A DNA stretch of 64,000 nucleotides from Phoronis australis. Taxonomy: Eukaryota > Animalia > Phoronida. How positions within the stretch are numbered: position 1 is the first letter of the stretch; the number at the start of each line of letters is the position of its first letter. A program made the translations under genes and the position numbers. Below the pieces are notes generated by a model. The model was given only the letters and a program-made list of their open reading frames with translations, did not search any database and was not told the origin of the DNA. Positions 13,501-26,700 of this stretch are shown here, piece after piece. The stretch lies in contig NMRA01000118.1 in NCBI GenBank assembly GCA_002633005.1, positions 868,707-932,706 on the forward strand, in the 5' to 3' direction.

Positions 13501-16500
13501 GGCAAGGACTCGGGAGACTATGCTGTTCCAGGGGGCACTGCTTGACATCTTCGGTGACATGTCAGTTGTTTACTTGTCCTGAAAGCACCCTTAGGAACAA
13601 ACTATACTTCCATTAAGACATTGGCTTTTGACACAGCCCAACTGACACGGCACAGGACGATCGGTGTCAAACGGTGGTAAGACAGAAGTTGTAGGCAGGA
13701 ATGTGAGGTGCTCATGCACAGCGATATAAATTGCAGGAGTCACAGTTCATTATTATTATTATTTCTGTTGTTGTTATGGTGCTTCAATTCCCCCTCCCCC
13801 CGTGTAACTAATTCCAGACACTGAGTTTTGCTTCAACAAATTTTTTGATCAGCTGATTTAACCCTCTGATCAGTAGGCCTACTGTTCATAACCAAGCATT
13901 TGAATTGAATCCAGTCTTGACTGTTAACTGTCTGTAGTATTCAATTTCCAGACAAAAAATGGTGGTCAGGGTGGCTGGCAAATTGTAGAAATTACACGAA
14001 AATAATCACCTGTATATATATGCGGTTTTGTGCAAGCAGAATGAAAATGATCCCTTCAGCCTTGTCCCAGTTTCGCGTTTAGAGGTATAGTTGACAGGGA
14101 GCAAGATGATCAGGCGCAACATGCTCCATCTCACTAAGGGGTGACAAAAGTTGTTACCATGGTGTCAATTTGCCCCCTATCACTTCTGCTTACACACATA
14201 ATTGTGCCCCATCATCAAGTTCATTGTCAGCAGATCCAGTAGTATACACTGGCCTAATTTGTACATTAACTAACAAACTTGGTTTTTGAGAACACTCAGA
14301 TTTAACCCACATGGTACACTAGTAGCACCAAACATTTAAAACAACAGGTGAGATATTACACAGCTGACAACGCAAAATAAAGAATTATAGCAAACAGGAG
14401 ACCTTACCTTACCAGATGACAGTAAAACCTTTCTGCCTACATAATTAGGAATTCACCACTGCTTTAACTCCACCCTACTCTATACATTAAGCAAACACAA
14501 CTCAGACAGGGAAATTGGAACAGGTTTGAACACATAGATCATCATAATTGAACCATTTTCTTTCTGTTGAATGCATTGTTTGCACTGTGTAAAGAGGACA
14601 CAGCAACAATACTGCATGTAGCATAGGGTGACTGCAAGAGGCTTAGAAAGGATGGTATTGACTTTGATATGAAACCATCATGTCCCAAGATTTCAATATG
14701 GGCAACCTCNNNNNNNNNNNNNNNNNNNNNNNNNNNNNNNNGGGAACCCCCCCCCCCCCCCCCCCCCGGGGCCCCGAGACAAGACAAAACAAGAGAGCAA
14801 AATAAAAAACTGCCCTGGCATATAATTGTTGTAACTCCAACTATCATCACAGTGTGTCTACTGCCCTTTTCATGCTACATCAACTCCGGTATGAGATGAG
14901 CCTTGATAACAATTGCAAACTTAATGAAACCTTCATGTACCAGCTTTGGTAGTTAATGGACACAGAACATCATGGCATGCGACACTTTTGTCATCCAAGT
15001 AATTGTGATAGCAGTAGCCCCATCTGATAACCTTGATGAGACCGAAGTGTCCATGCTCCGCATTTAAGTGCACCTGCGAAGTTAACTGGCATTGCTAACC
15101 GTGAGTCAGGACCAGAGTTAACTGTTCATACTAACTGCAACTCCCCAACATGTGGACGTTAGCACAATTTCTTTGATGCTAACGTTCACATGTTGGGGAG
15201 TTGCAGTTAGTAACCATTCATATTAACTGCAACTCACCAACATGTGCACGTTAACATCAAAGAAATTGTGATAGCCACCACCAACCCCCCCAAAGACATT
15301 ATAAATCTGCCACAGTGAAGAGAGATGAAAGCCAGTAGCTGCATAATCTCAGACATGACATCTCAATCATGGAATAGGACAATACAACTAGCCTAGATAA
15401 CCCAAAATAGACTTCATCATATTTCCTCAATCTTTCTAGTGTTCCTGAAATGCTGCCCTCTTGTGTTCATGTTTGCTGTGTCTGGGGTGCAAGTCTAACA
15501 TTTTCTGCACAACTCAAGCAAATAATAGGCACGTCTCCTCAAAAGAAACCTTGAAAGTGACTTAGGGTGGAGTGCAGATGGGGAGCTGCAAGCTGAGCTG
15601 GCTGCCTCATACCAGCAATACCTAGTCTGGCAGCTCATGCCAAGCCATGGCAGTGGCAACAAACGAATGAAGTGGGGGCCAGTTCATTGGAATTGAATGT
15701 GTTGTTAAGTTCAAACCTTTCAGTTGTCAATTGCTTGTCAGTTTACATGACTTCTTATACCAAGGAAATGTAATGTTTAACACTGATAACATTCAAGTTT
15801 AGTGATCGGACACACACACTTAATTTTGAAGTCATTTTAAGATGTACTCAAAAACAATATATAATGAAATAAGGGACAAGTTTAAAAAGGACAAAATTTA
15901 TACCAACTGCCTTTCCCCACCTGCTGTTCACAGAGGATGCACAGTAAGACATTACATAACCAAATTAAATCCACAGTGAGGGTGGCACTGACCACAAGTC
16001 TGGGACTAACCACACACCTGGAACTGACCACACCCAATAATATAGTGTTTTGGGATGGCCTTCACAATGTGATGACAGAAAAGATGTCAACCATGCTAGG
16101 CAGTGGAAGAATGTGTGTTAAACAATGGTTGCAGCTATCTCTAGCCAAGCAAAGTTCACTTGACAGTCAACAGACAAGAGTGTCAGGGTGCCTCTGTGGT
16201 CACACTGGCATTTTATATAAATAAAGAGCACCAGCACAACTACCATAAGTAGTGCCATTATTTACTTGCCAAGCTTCCTTGTCAACTGTCTTCACCAAAG
16301 TGAAACAAAAACGTTCTATAGTAAAATCTCACTAGCACAAATAATTGGCATTTTTTCTACTTTTTCTTCTACTTAGAGTGCAGTGAGTGCCCACAGTTAT
16401 AAAATATTACCAGGCGGTAGTTTCACAAACTTGGAACAGTACTATCGTACATTGGTGCTATTGAACTGTTTATATCAAATGTCATTCTAATACCAATAGC

Positions 16501-18233
16501 GTTACTGTTGCATACTTCAGCAAAACAAATAAAAACATTGACAAGCTGAGTGACACATGAAAAACCATTCCTCACTTGTCCGACTCCAATCGCTAGGTGT
16601 GAGTGGCTTTAATTTTTGAAAATAAAGTTTATCACAAAATTGTTGGTTAAGCCAGGAAAAGGCATTATCTTCTAAAAAGCCTGCATTGTATTTCAAGCTC
16701 ACCTCTGCTGCCTCAGTTCAGACAATGTGTGACCCTGCTATCACCGCACCACTTACAATTGAGTTAGGCAGTTGCACGGCATCAGGAGAAGCCATACTTG
16801 AGTTTGTGATACTTCCCCAATACATTAAAAGTTACTCGCTTAAAATTACAGCAAAATATCAAATGAAAAACATGCATATTTATGCAACAAGTAATAATTA
16901 ATGCGTATACCATGAATTTGCAGACCATATAGTACAGCAAAATTTTCCAGTTGGGAAAGTCTTCTCAATTTTACGGATTGGGACACATATAATTTGGCAT
17001 TCAACATGCCGATACAAATTTTGTCTTTCTTGTGATTCTTGGATTTGAGACAGTCAGTATTGCTTACTTCTAAAAGTTGGTATGAGCTCCAACATTGAGG
17101 AAAAAAATTTAACTTTCAATGTTCCAAACTAGAGAATTTTTACTGCAAGTAAACACAATTTGAACATATCCCAGAAATTCTGTCAAGTTTCACTTAAAGT
17201 TTCTCTTGTCATCCACCATTTTGATGAAGTTTCTGGCATAAGTCCCCATTCCAGACTCGTATGACTTCGTCTGAGTATCGGAGCTTATGCTGACGATGAA
17301 AATGTTCACAGCAAGCAAAAAGCAGGGAGGGAATTCTTTGCTATTCACACTGTATGCAATGAATAAGAAATGATTAATGAAGAAAGCAAGCATTTATTTG
17401 AAACTGATTTTTGCAGAAGGCGCAAAAGGTACTTACAGCAACGTGGCTTTGAAGTTTTTATCATCTCTACTGGGGCCAGTTGAGACGGTGGCACTGTCTA
17501 CTAGGGCAGTTATTAGACAGGTGACTTCCCCATAACCCTCTGTACATTTACCTTTGATCTCGGGCAATTTTCAATTTCTTTTGTGGAATGAATGACAATA
17601 AGAAAAAATGTTGACGGAGGGATAATTTGTTTGCATGCTTTAAGATTTGAAGACTTCAGCTGCCTACAATGGTGTTCATCCACTACTACTAGTGAACTTG
17701 AATGGTACATATAGTTTTATGACTTTTATGATTTATCCAAAACAAGTAAAGTTATTCTAATTTGCATAAATCACTCAGGGTACAAGGTAGCATGTTCTGT
17801 TTACCTATCCCAAGGAAATTGGCATTGCCTCAGTCTCAAGACAGTTGGGTGCCTAGATCTGTACCTTCCATTAACTACAAGTCATACCTTGGAAGAAATC
17901 GATACAGCAGTGATAAAAATATTATTTGGAGGGAATTTTAATAGAGTATAACGCAGGGGCATAGAAACCCCCCAGAGACCTTCTGCGTTAATCGCGCACC
18001 TGTTGACGAGCGATCAGCACGAAGTTGAACAGGAAGTACCCGCGACTCAGATGTCCAGTCAGGTTTTGGACAATTTACTCATCGGGTCTCCATATTAATC
18101 TCGTGTTGCTTGATTAACACGGTGACCTTTAGTTGCTAGTAGCGTATAGATCAGTCATACATACCCCGTCAAATTTCTCTTTTAATTCAGTGAGCTGATC
18201 AATGTTCAGCATCAAACTTTCGCGGCCAGCCAT
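1600..18233 (-). CDS. PLS3: Plastin/fimbrin (2 EF-hands + calponin-homology actin-binding domains), 3'-partial. Exons: 18165-18233, 6268-6426, 5642-5811, 5116-5211, 4299-4506, 3557-3817, 2974-3178, 1600-1776
   Basis: All introns are GT-AG with consistent phases (0,0,2,2,0,0,1,1). The joined peptide has plastin hallmarks: MAGRES...KEKFDG|[115 protein letters not shown]. About 448 aa lie in the window. The symbol is family-level only; orthology to a specific vertebrate paralog is not established. Confidence 0.96.
4937..5050. repeat. Degenerate ~40-bp tandem repeat x3 in a plastin intron
   Basis: Three units resembling ACAATGACCAGTGTCCAGCAGATGAGTCACAAAC. Confidence 0.65.
6685..6758 (-). ncRNA. 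tRNA-like cloverleaf with a non-canonical anticodon loop (pseudo-tRNA or tRNA-derived SINE head)
   Basis: GTCCCGA TG GCTC GGAGGAGTA GAGT T TCTGC GCGGTTA GCAGA AGGTT CTGGG TTCGAGT CCCAG TCGGGGC A. All four stems pair, A and B boxes are present, and TTTT follows just downstream. A decayed partial copy lies at about 8599-8634. Confidence 0.7.
7455..8070 (-). mobile_element. Penelope-like retroelement fragment (RT C-terminus + GIY-YIG endonuclease), decayed
   Basis: Minus-strand translation gives [31 protein letters not shown] ... [15 protein letters not shown] ... [32 protein letters not shown] ... [17 protein letters not shown], with in-frame stops and a deletion. Confidence 0.88.
12556..12707. 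mobile_element. Tandem dimer of a ~75-bp G-rich mini-MITE (CATGGG...CCCATG termini)
   Basis: Two units of the form GCACCA-GGGGGCT-GGGG-CTATAGCCCC-TTTT-GTGCTGCRCYGCCCA. A homologous dimer lies at 50897-51034. Confidence 0.6.
15125..15275. repeat. Inverted triplication (forward-inverted-forward) of a ~36-55 bp unit
   Basis: TACTAACTGCAACTCCCCAACATGTGGACGTTAGCA, then its reverse complement after a 12-nt spacer, then a third forward copy that extends into the reverse complement of the spacer. Confidence 0.8.
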
Positions 18234-18266
18234 CTTGCTCAAGACAGTACAAGTGGGGTGGGTCGT

Positions 18267-18291
18267 TGAGTCACGTGGTTTCGTGACGTCA
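18267..18291. promoter_or_regulatory. Cluster of AP-1 (TGAGTCA), E-box (CACGTG) and CRE (TGACGTCA) sites 34-58 bp upstream of the plastin ATG
   Basis: Perfect consensus matches at 18267-18273, 18272-18277 and 18284-18291. Function is inferred only. Confidence 0.5.
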
Positions 18292-21200
18292 TCTCTTAAG
18301 GAAACGACGGTCAGTGCTACTTCATGTAATGTCACCACTACCGCACAAAGCAGGAGCAATATACGAACAATAAATTGTGTAATGAAACTGAAAATGACAC
18401 GTAGTATATTTTCATGGCCAGTCTCCTATTCATGATCTGAAACTACGGAAAGTCATCTCTTATCAGTCAATATGAATTCATGCGCGCACCTCGGGACTCA
18501 AGGCGTGAATGAGCCCTCTCATTTGGCGATGTGGGCAAAAACGTTCGTCTCAGAGAAATAAAAAGTCCGAAAAAAGAGACAATAGTCCACTAAGAAGGCG
18601 CGAATGCAAAAATCATAGCTCCGAACGTGGTACCCCGTTTTTAGTCCCCACCCCGCTTTTTGTTGTTAGTACGGGTCCACAATGGCAAAAAATCCAACCC
18701 CCCCCTCAGTATATTTTAGGCTAGGCGCGGGCATGAATAAGAATAAGAGGTTTTCTAGTGTTGATAATGAAAGGATGGACAACCATTCGCCAGCCTGAGA
18801 ACCGATTCACTACCTACCGCCAACTGTCGATCATTCCTCATCGACCACTATAGTGAACTCTTGAGTGACAGATCCCTCGAAAAAAAATAATAAAGGCAAT
18901 CCTTTCATATTAACGGAGACATTTGCGTTGTGAACACTCAAACATTTTGAACATGGTGAAAGCAAATCACGAACTTCGTTGTTTACGAAAAAATCACCAG
19001 ACGACGGGCTTAGGGGCGTAGAAACACTGTCGGCCATGCCGCGGTACGTGCAGTTACCTGGCCATGTTGATTGTAAGGTATGATGTACACATTTAGCTCG
19101 AAGACCAACATGCGTCAAACTTCAATGCGGGACAAATTTCTCGAGTGGCTTAGATCGTGTCAGACTGTCTCGGTTGTTACAATACATCAATCGATTTTTT
19201 TGACGCATAATCATGTAAATCACTAGAACACAACGGACCCGGTACAATCTGTCGAGTATCTGAACCACAGCACAATGCTAATTCCATTTGCAACACGTTT
19301 GTACATGTACAAAGGTCAACTCAAATGTACAGTAAGGGGAGAGCATATCATGATAACAGCTTTTGAGGTGCCCAACCCCACCGCCAGGAGAAAATAATAA
19401 AAAATAAATTTTTGAGGCGCACTAAATTACCGTCGCGAAAAACAAGACCAGTTGTCATCCGGCCGGCGGACGTCTCGGCCGAATAATGTCGTCAAAAATT
19501 TAGTAGCTTATCATTCAAATAATTGTTTTTCTCCAGAGTAAACTGCCCAATTCAGAAAAAATGTAGCCCCGTACGAAAATGAAACAACAACAAGAAATTG
19601 TCCAAGAACAATTCTTAGTGCTCGGGCCCGTGCATTTGAGTCGGTAGAGAGGGACATCAAGGAAGTCGCACCGGGCATCACCAAACCCCGCACGCTCTTC
19701 TGTTCATGATACTTTTAAAAACAGGCTCTTTGACGAAATACCTTGTCCCGAGTTTCTAACCACAAAAAAATGAACAAACAAAAAAAAAACAAGAAACGCT
19801 GAGATACATGTAGCTAACGGGCAGTTAACGGAAAGAAATTGCTGCCAAAATAAATCTTTACTTTGCATCTGGCAGTATAATCAACGAAGATCAAATTGAT
19901 GGGACTGCAGAGTTCGATTAGTTAAAGAGGCTTGGAACGCGATAAACAGACTAAATTGCAAAACTGAAAGTGGTTCTCTGCCACTGAAACAGAACTCAAC
20001 ACCCTCACCAGATATTTTTTTAGGGTTTGTTCGTAAATACATGTATTTATAATTTCTGTTGATATCAATGCATTTTCTTTTAGTTTCAAATTTCAAAAAA
20101 ATGACCTGGCAACTGTTCGCCATGTCGTCGATCTTTCTCCCACAAGGCAAAGAACGCTTCCTTAACACGTTCCTCTTCCAGTGTACATGAATATGGAAAA
20201 TTTTACCATTGACCTCAAGGGACTTCAAGCAACTGATTTTGAGCGCATGCGTACATTTTACATAAGTGGGATTGAGAATAGAAATCCTGTGGTATCCACA
20301 GTTTTTCCTTCCCGCGTATTTCAAACATCGTGAATTTTGTGATTTTTTCTGTAAATTTCCACACAGGGGAAAAAGAATTACTCTGTACTAGACGTTGCGA
20401 GATGGCACTTTCGTCAGAAATCGTTAAATAGATATTTTTAACTAGCTTTCGCGTTCCATGCCTCCTTATGTTATTTAATGGTATCTTTTTAACATTCAAC
20501 CTTTTGTGTTTTGTACACTCAGGCTGTAATTTCAGACATTGGTTTGAATTATACGCACTAGCGCTTTCCTAAGGGGTTTTAATGATACACCAATGGTTGA
20601 TGAACTAGCCGGCAATGAGTACAAAATCAACTACAGTGTTCACAATGCGAGTTGTTGCTCGATTTAAACTGGCCCGGTGAAACAAACTCGGAAATTCTCA
20701 TCTGGACGATAGTTACGAGTTATAGAAGCGTTGTGACACCAAACACACTGCATGAAAACAGAGGTCAGCGTTTCTCAACTAATTATTGAGCGATGCATGT
20801 AGTTCGCCCTCTTATGCTCGGTTTGAATAGTCTGTGAATATTGTAAGAGATACACGCTTCTCAGTAAAAACACTTCATTTCTGTACAACTTAATGCGGGA
20901 CTGTTTCTAAAGGCGCATGTTCTTGGCACCCTGTTCGATTTCCTTGTCAAAATTATTCTAGAAAACAAGTTTTTCATTTACTCGACAATGTTCTTCAACC
21001 TGATAATGTGTGTCCATAAGTCACAAATGTTCCAAAATAAGGTGGGATAACGATAACTCTCACACTCTATGACGTAAAATTTGCTAACTAAAACTATGGA
21101 TCCAACTGTAATGTTGACGATGTATGACGCATTTCTCATATACCAAACAAAATAATAATTACAATTTTCTGTTATAGTGATCCCTGTAAAATTGTAAGCA

Positions 21201-23159
21201 TTTTTATTCACAGGCTTCTCATCCATTTCCCCGAGGGTGAAAATAAATGCCTTACAATTTAACCCTCTTCCTGGTAATGTCATTTCCTGAATGTGTAATG
21301 TTTTGACAAACAGACAATATTATTTAAAATTACCATCATGTGTCTTGTTATGAATTGCAATGCAATTATAAAGTATCTGCTCTGCGACTGATTATGTGGA
21401 CAACGATATGGCCGTGTCTTAGAACTAGCGTACTCTCTCAATTATTACATGTTATTGAAAGGTACATGTAACATAACCGTACACTCCTTCACAATGATAC
21501 AAAAGGTATATGTAAGTGGCGCTGTGTCAGAGACATCGTGATAAACATCCAACTGACGAAACAGGTTGCACTGATAGTGAAACAACGTGGATAACACAAA
21601 GTAGATGAAGCATTTATCGACACTCAGTTTCACTAAAAATCAATCACAGTCAGTTTCGCTTGCCCCGGTTAGGCCTTCTGTCAAAAGAAATGAAAATCGG
21701 TCTCTCAGGTGTTGAAGCTAGGCCAACACTGCATCAGCGGTCTTTAATTTCCATGTGCAAACGGTTAAAAAAATCTACCAGTACTTTGTTAATTTCTTGC
21801 TGTCACGTCAGCCCACTCGCTAGTCCCCTGCGTGCCTAGCCAGCGTGCTAGCTACTGACCACCTAGCGGCACGCACGGAACCAGCGAGGTCACTAGCCCA
21901 CTGCCTTCTGCTCATTCTCTAAGCATGACTAGAAGTTCTCAGTATTTATTGGCGCAACTCAGTGACAAATGATTTCAACACCTGCCAACGAGAAGTTGAA
22001 GAAGATTAGAACGTAAAAAAACATTCTATTTCAACTCCAAAAAGTACCTACAACAGGCTGTACCTCATTGAAAAAAACAAAATTGCCCTCATTCACCTTT
22101 ATTTTACCATTTTCACCAGTATGAACGTGACACAGAATTTCGGAAGCATGGTCCTCGTGAGCAAATTAGAAATATCTGACATTCCTCGGCTTCCGGTATG
22201 TGTTTTGGTGAGATTACATCTCACTTGGCCAAAAATTTGATCGTTGCCAAAAAATGGCTGAATTTTTCCTGATTGTCCTCTGACATTCCCTGTTGAAGTT
22301 CAGCATCTATTGTAGTCCAACGCAGTGCAAAGTTTTGGTACTCCCTCACGCATGCTCTATGAGGAAAACGTTTCTTATGGTCAGGGACTCCTGGTAACAA
22401 CTTTCTCCAAGTAGAGAAACCTTATTCTTCGCTTAAAATTTGACAAAAAATGACAAACGTTCATTTGAAAGCAGATAGAAAACAGCAGCATGCTTCCCGA
22501 TATGGAGAGTACATGTATAACATCGAAATCCTCTCCGCTAATCCTCAGTTTAAGGAAACTTTCTCTAAACCACCATTGATTTGCAAATAACATTAAGTAC
22601 CTGGGAAAAATTGCGATTCCCAAGTGGTGATATGCAACGTTGCACACCTCATGCTTCACCGTAAAAAATGTCCCATTTCATGATCAAATGGTCTGCAAAG
22701 GAGTACGTTGGGCGCGATGACGCTTGGGTTTTAAACGTGGATCGGTTGTGCCCCCAATGGTAAGTTTAATAAAATTCGCGAACAAGCTGAATTTATTGTA
22801 CAATGCGTAACATTTCCATCATGCGAAGATAAGCTCAAGAGGAAAATGGCATCTTGTTTTACAAAAACGTTTTCTGTTCATGAAAAAAATTTCAGGTTTT
22901 TATAAAAAGCATGTTTACAAGTAAACTCGTCTGTTCGACCAGAAGTTCCATAAACAATGACATGTTACTCGACTTTGTGGTGCCATGATTCTTCAATAAA
23001 CGAGACACCTTTATGAAACTGTATGTTCCCTTTAACAAGCTTTAGCAATTTCGTGGTTATCAATTGATACAGTGTACATTTGTCAGTTTTGAAAAGTTAT
23101 CCATTTTTGAGACTGGAAGTTGCACTTATGCAAAGACGTTGAGGCAATTTCAAATTTCA

Positions 23160-23222
23160 GTGGAGGCCAGTGGAGGGCAGCAGAGGCTAGTGGAGGGCAG
23201 CGGAGGCTAGTGGAGGGCAAGC
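23160..23222. repeat. Short tandem repeat of GTGGAGGGCAGCRGAGGCTA (~20 bp)
   Basis: About three imperfect copies are visible directly. Confidence 0.6.
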
Positions 23223-23742
23223 TAAGGAAATATGGATCCACATTGTCCCTCTGATATGTATGACATCCCCCCTCCCCCTTCTGCACGCAGCATTAAACCC
23301 CAAACATCAACTTTTGATTTAGGACAATAACCGGTATAAAATAGTTTCATTTTATTTCGTACTCAATTTAAAAATGATCTCTGCCTCGATAAGAACCGAC
23401 AGTTCGTTATCAGTGCTGTTGTGGTAAAATTAGAGGAAAGTAGGCGCCCAAAGCCCACCGTATCACCGTGAGCACTGAACGTAACTTACGGTGCGTAGGC
23501 GCTACGTTCAAATGCCAAAAGTTGGTTGGCTGTGCCTACCTGCGTCTACGCCCCATTACAGCACAGTTCGTTATCGCTTCTGACTAGGCTCTATAAGTTT
23601 AAGACTTTGGCACATGGTGAAACGGAGAAAAGTCTTCGATTTTTACAACTGAAGAATACAGAATGACGGTGCGCCTAGTCATGGGCAGCGTACCATAGAG
23701 GACTTATTTCAGTGCATCGCAGGCCATGCCAGTGCAACTTAA

Positions 23743-26700
23743 AGGAGCGTGCCACCCAAAAAACAACCTAATTTGTATCAATTTAGATCGAGTAGTTCTA
23801 CTCCATAACGACACGTACAGTTGCGTTACTTGACACCTGACTGCAAACGGAGGTGTTGAAATTATCCAATGACGTCATCGGTTTCACACGCAGTCTGTTC
23901 AGCAGTTCACAACACGGGTTACTGGAGTCGGCTTATCGCTTGAAGTCATCGTTTAACACCAATAAATCATCAAACTTCGATGTAAAACCCTTAAAAATAC
24001 ACCGAGCTCTTATAAAAAACGTGTTGTTTTAGTTCGCCATTACGGATTTATTTGTATTTGGACACACCGTAGCTTACAAAGTTCTGCAGGCCAATAAGGN
24101 NNNNNNNNNNNNNNNNNNNNNNNNNNNNNNNNNNNNNNNNNNNNNNNNNNNNNNNNNNNNNNNNNNNNNNNNNNNNNNNNNNNNNNNNNNNNNNNNNNNN
24201 NNNNNNNNNNNNNNNNNNNNNNNNNNNNNNNNNNNNNNNNNNNNNNNNNNNNNNNNNNNNNNNNNNNNNNNNNNNNNNNNNNNNNNNNNNNNNNNNNNNN
24301 NNNNNNNNNNNNNNNNNNNNNNNNNNNNNNNNNNNNNNNNNNNNNNNNNNNNNNNNNNNNNNNNNNNNNNNNNNNNNNNNNNNNNNNNNNNNNNNNNNNN
24401 NNNNNNNNNNNNNNNNNNNNNNNNNNNNNNNNNNNNNNNNNNNNNNNNNNNNNNNNNNNNNNNNNNNNNNNNNNNNNNNNNNNNNNNNNNNNNNNNNNNN
24501 NNNNNNNNNNNNNNNNNNNNNNNNNNNNNNNNNNNNNNNNNNNNNNNNNNNNNNNNNNNNNNNNNNNNNNNNNNNNNNNNNNNNNNNNNNNNNNNNNNNN
24601 NNNNNNNNNNNNNNNNNNNNNNNNNNNNNNNNNNNNNNNNNNNNNNNNNNNNNNNNNNNNNNNNNNNNNNNNNNNNNNNNNNNNNNNNNNNNNNNNNNNN
24701 NNNNNNNNNNNNNNNNNNNNNNNNNNNNNNNNNNNNNNNNNNNNNNNNNNNNNNNNNNTAAGAGACTCAGCAACATCCTTGTTTGCTTTTCATGCTGTGA
24801 CCGGGTTTGGAACCAACTCGTACTTTTTTGCCAATCTCATGAAACAATCATCATGGAAGGTGTTCCTAGAGCATCACAGATTGCTTAAAAACCCCTGCAT
24901 TGGTTAACTCACTGAGTAAATTACGATGGCTTCAGAATTATTTGTCTGCAGACTATACGACTTGACCAGAACAGTCCTGTAGATGTAGCACGCCATTTAC
25001 TATTCTCCAAGCCCGTGAACCCAGAAGTCCTTCCCCCCAACGCTTAATGCCCGCCGTTTCCATCTGATGAGAGTGCACTACCAGGTCAAGGTATGGCGAA
25101 ATGATCACTGTTCCATACCTGAGCTCCCAGCACCCTCTGATATGGGAGGGACACACAAACTTATGCTTGCAGCTCATACTGATGACACATAGTTCTATCC
25201 CAGACAGCTGCCTAGAGATGGTATTCTGTGCATGCCAGATATAACGCAATAGCAGACAATGCAAATGCAAGAAATATGGATTTCAATGCATATAATTATG
25301 CTCATGCCAGCAGCACAATGATGATCAGATTCCTTGTATGCAAACAGTTTGATTTGCCAGGCTTCAGGCATGTTAAAAAGTACTAAAACTAAAAAGTGAA
25401 TGCTAAAACTGTGTTCAGCAGGCCTGAAAACAATTCATGCAACTGGGAATATAATGTCTTCAATAACAATAACTATGATTTTTTATGAATGAAAGATAAC
25501 GGGATAGTGTGAACATTTGTCCTATTTTCCATCAAAATAGTGACACCTTGCTTGACGACCATTGCAGATTCACTATTTTTTCCACATTATGTAAGTATAC
25601 ATCTATAACCCAATAAATATGAAATAAATTGCTCCAAAAATGTCTTTAGCATGTTTGTTGACCATGAAAATATAAGTATTAACACCTCATTTTTCAAGTT
25701 CTCCTGCAGGAACACAAACTTAAGACGCAAATTACATCGTATGGTAATGGCGGCACCTAATTTGCATAATTAGTTTTCAGAGTTGCATTTTTTAGTATTC
25801 ATAAGTGATTTATTGCTCAAGAAGTATTTATAAGAAGTGTACAGATGAGACATTTCACCATTTTAAATGGTATATGGTGATTTCTATTATAAAAATACAT
25901 CTGAACTTGACAATTTGGCTGCCATTTTGTTTATGCAAATTAGATGGTCAAAAATGCAAAATTCGGCTTGGGAACAGGATTAGTTGAATTCGCCATACCT
26001 TGATTGTGTGAAAAAGTCTTGTTCCCAACTTTTACTAAAAAATGCTTCTAGAACCTTATACAGGGCTCTTTTCAGGAAATGCGTCTAGACTAGTAGCAGG
26101 AGTTTGGGGTCTCTTCGGAGATAATTTCGAAGTATTATCCGTGAGATACAGACAGGAGAACCTAGATCTGTGTTGTTTAGACTTGTGATTTTTTGAGTTC
26201 TAAACACAAAACACTCGTTATCCTGGCTAGTGGCTCGGAGCCCGATCAGGCCCGTCGCGGTCAGTCGGACTGCCTCGTTATCCCGGCCAGTGGCTCGGAA
26301 TCTGATCAGACATCACGAACATAAACCAGCCAAAGTTCAGTGGAAACAAAACTTCCAGTCAAGAAAATACTATACTAGTGAGCCAAAGTAATGTGCACGT
26401 GATTATGTTGGTGAATTAGCAACGAAACTACTTACTCGTCGGTCGGGACGCGAATTCAGCCGGTTCCGCTTTGGCCACAGTAACGTCAGGGCCGAAGTTG
26501 TACATTGACAATCATCATTTGAGTAATGTAAATGTAAATAAATATTCCCCTAACTCCTGGCCGTGGGATGGAAATCGAGTTGTTTCACAACAGTTGCTGC
26601 AAGCAAACACTAAATTAGTATAAGCTCACACGGCCTCGGTGTCCTGTCAATTAGTTTTATTGCACCTAAAGCCGGTAACGCAGTGATTTATTCATTGCTG

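Noticed and set aside
24048-24776. 242-aa ORF
   Set aside because: Almost entirely an N-gap.
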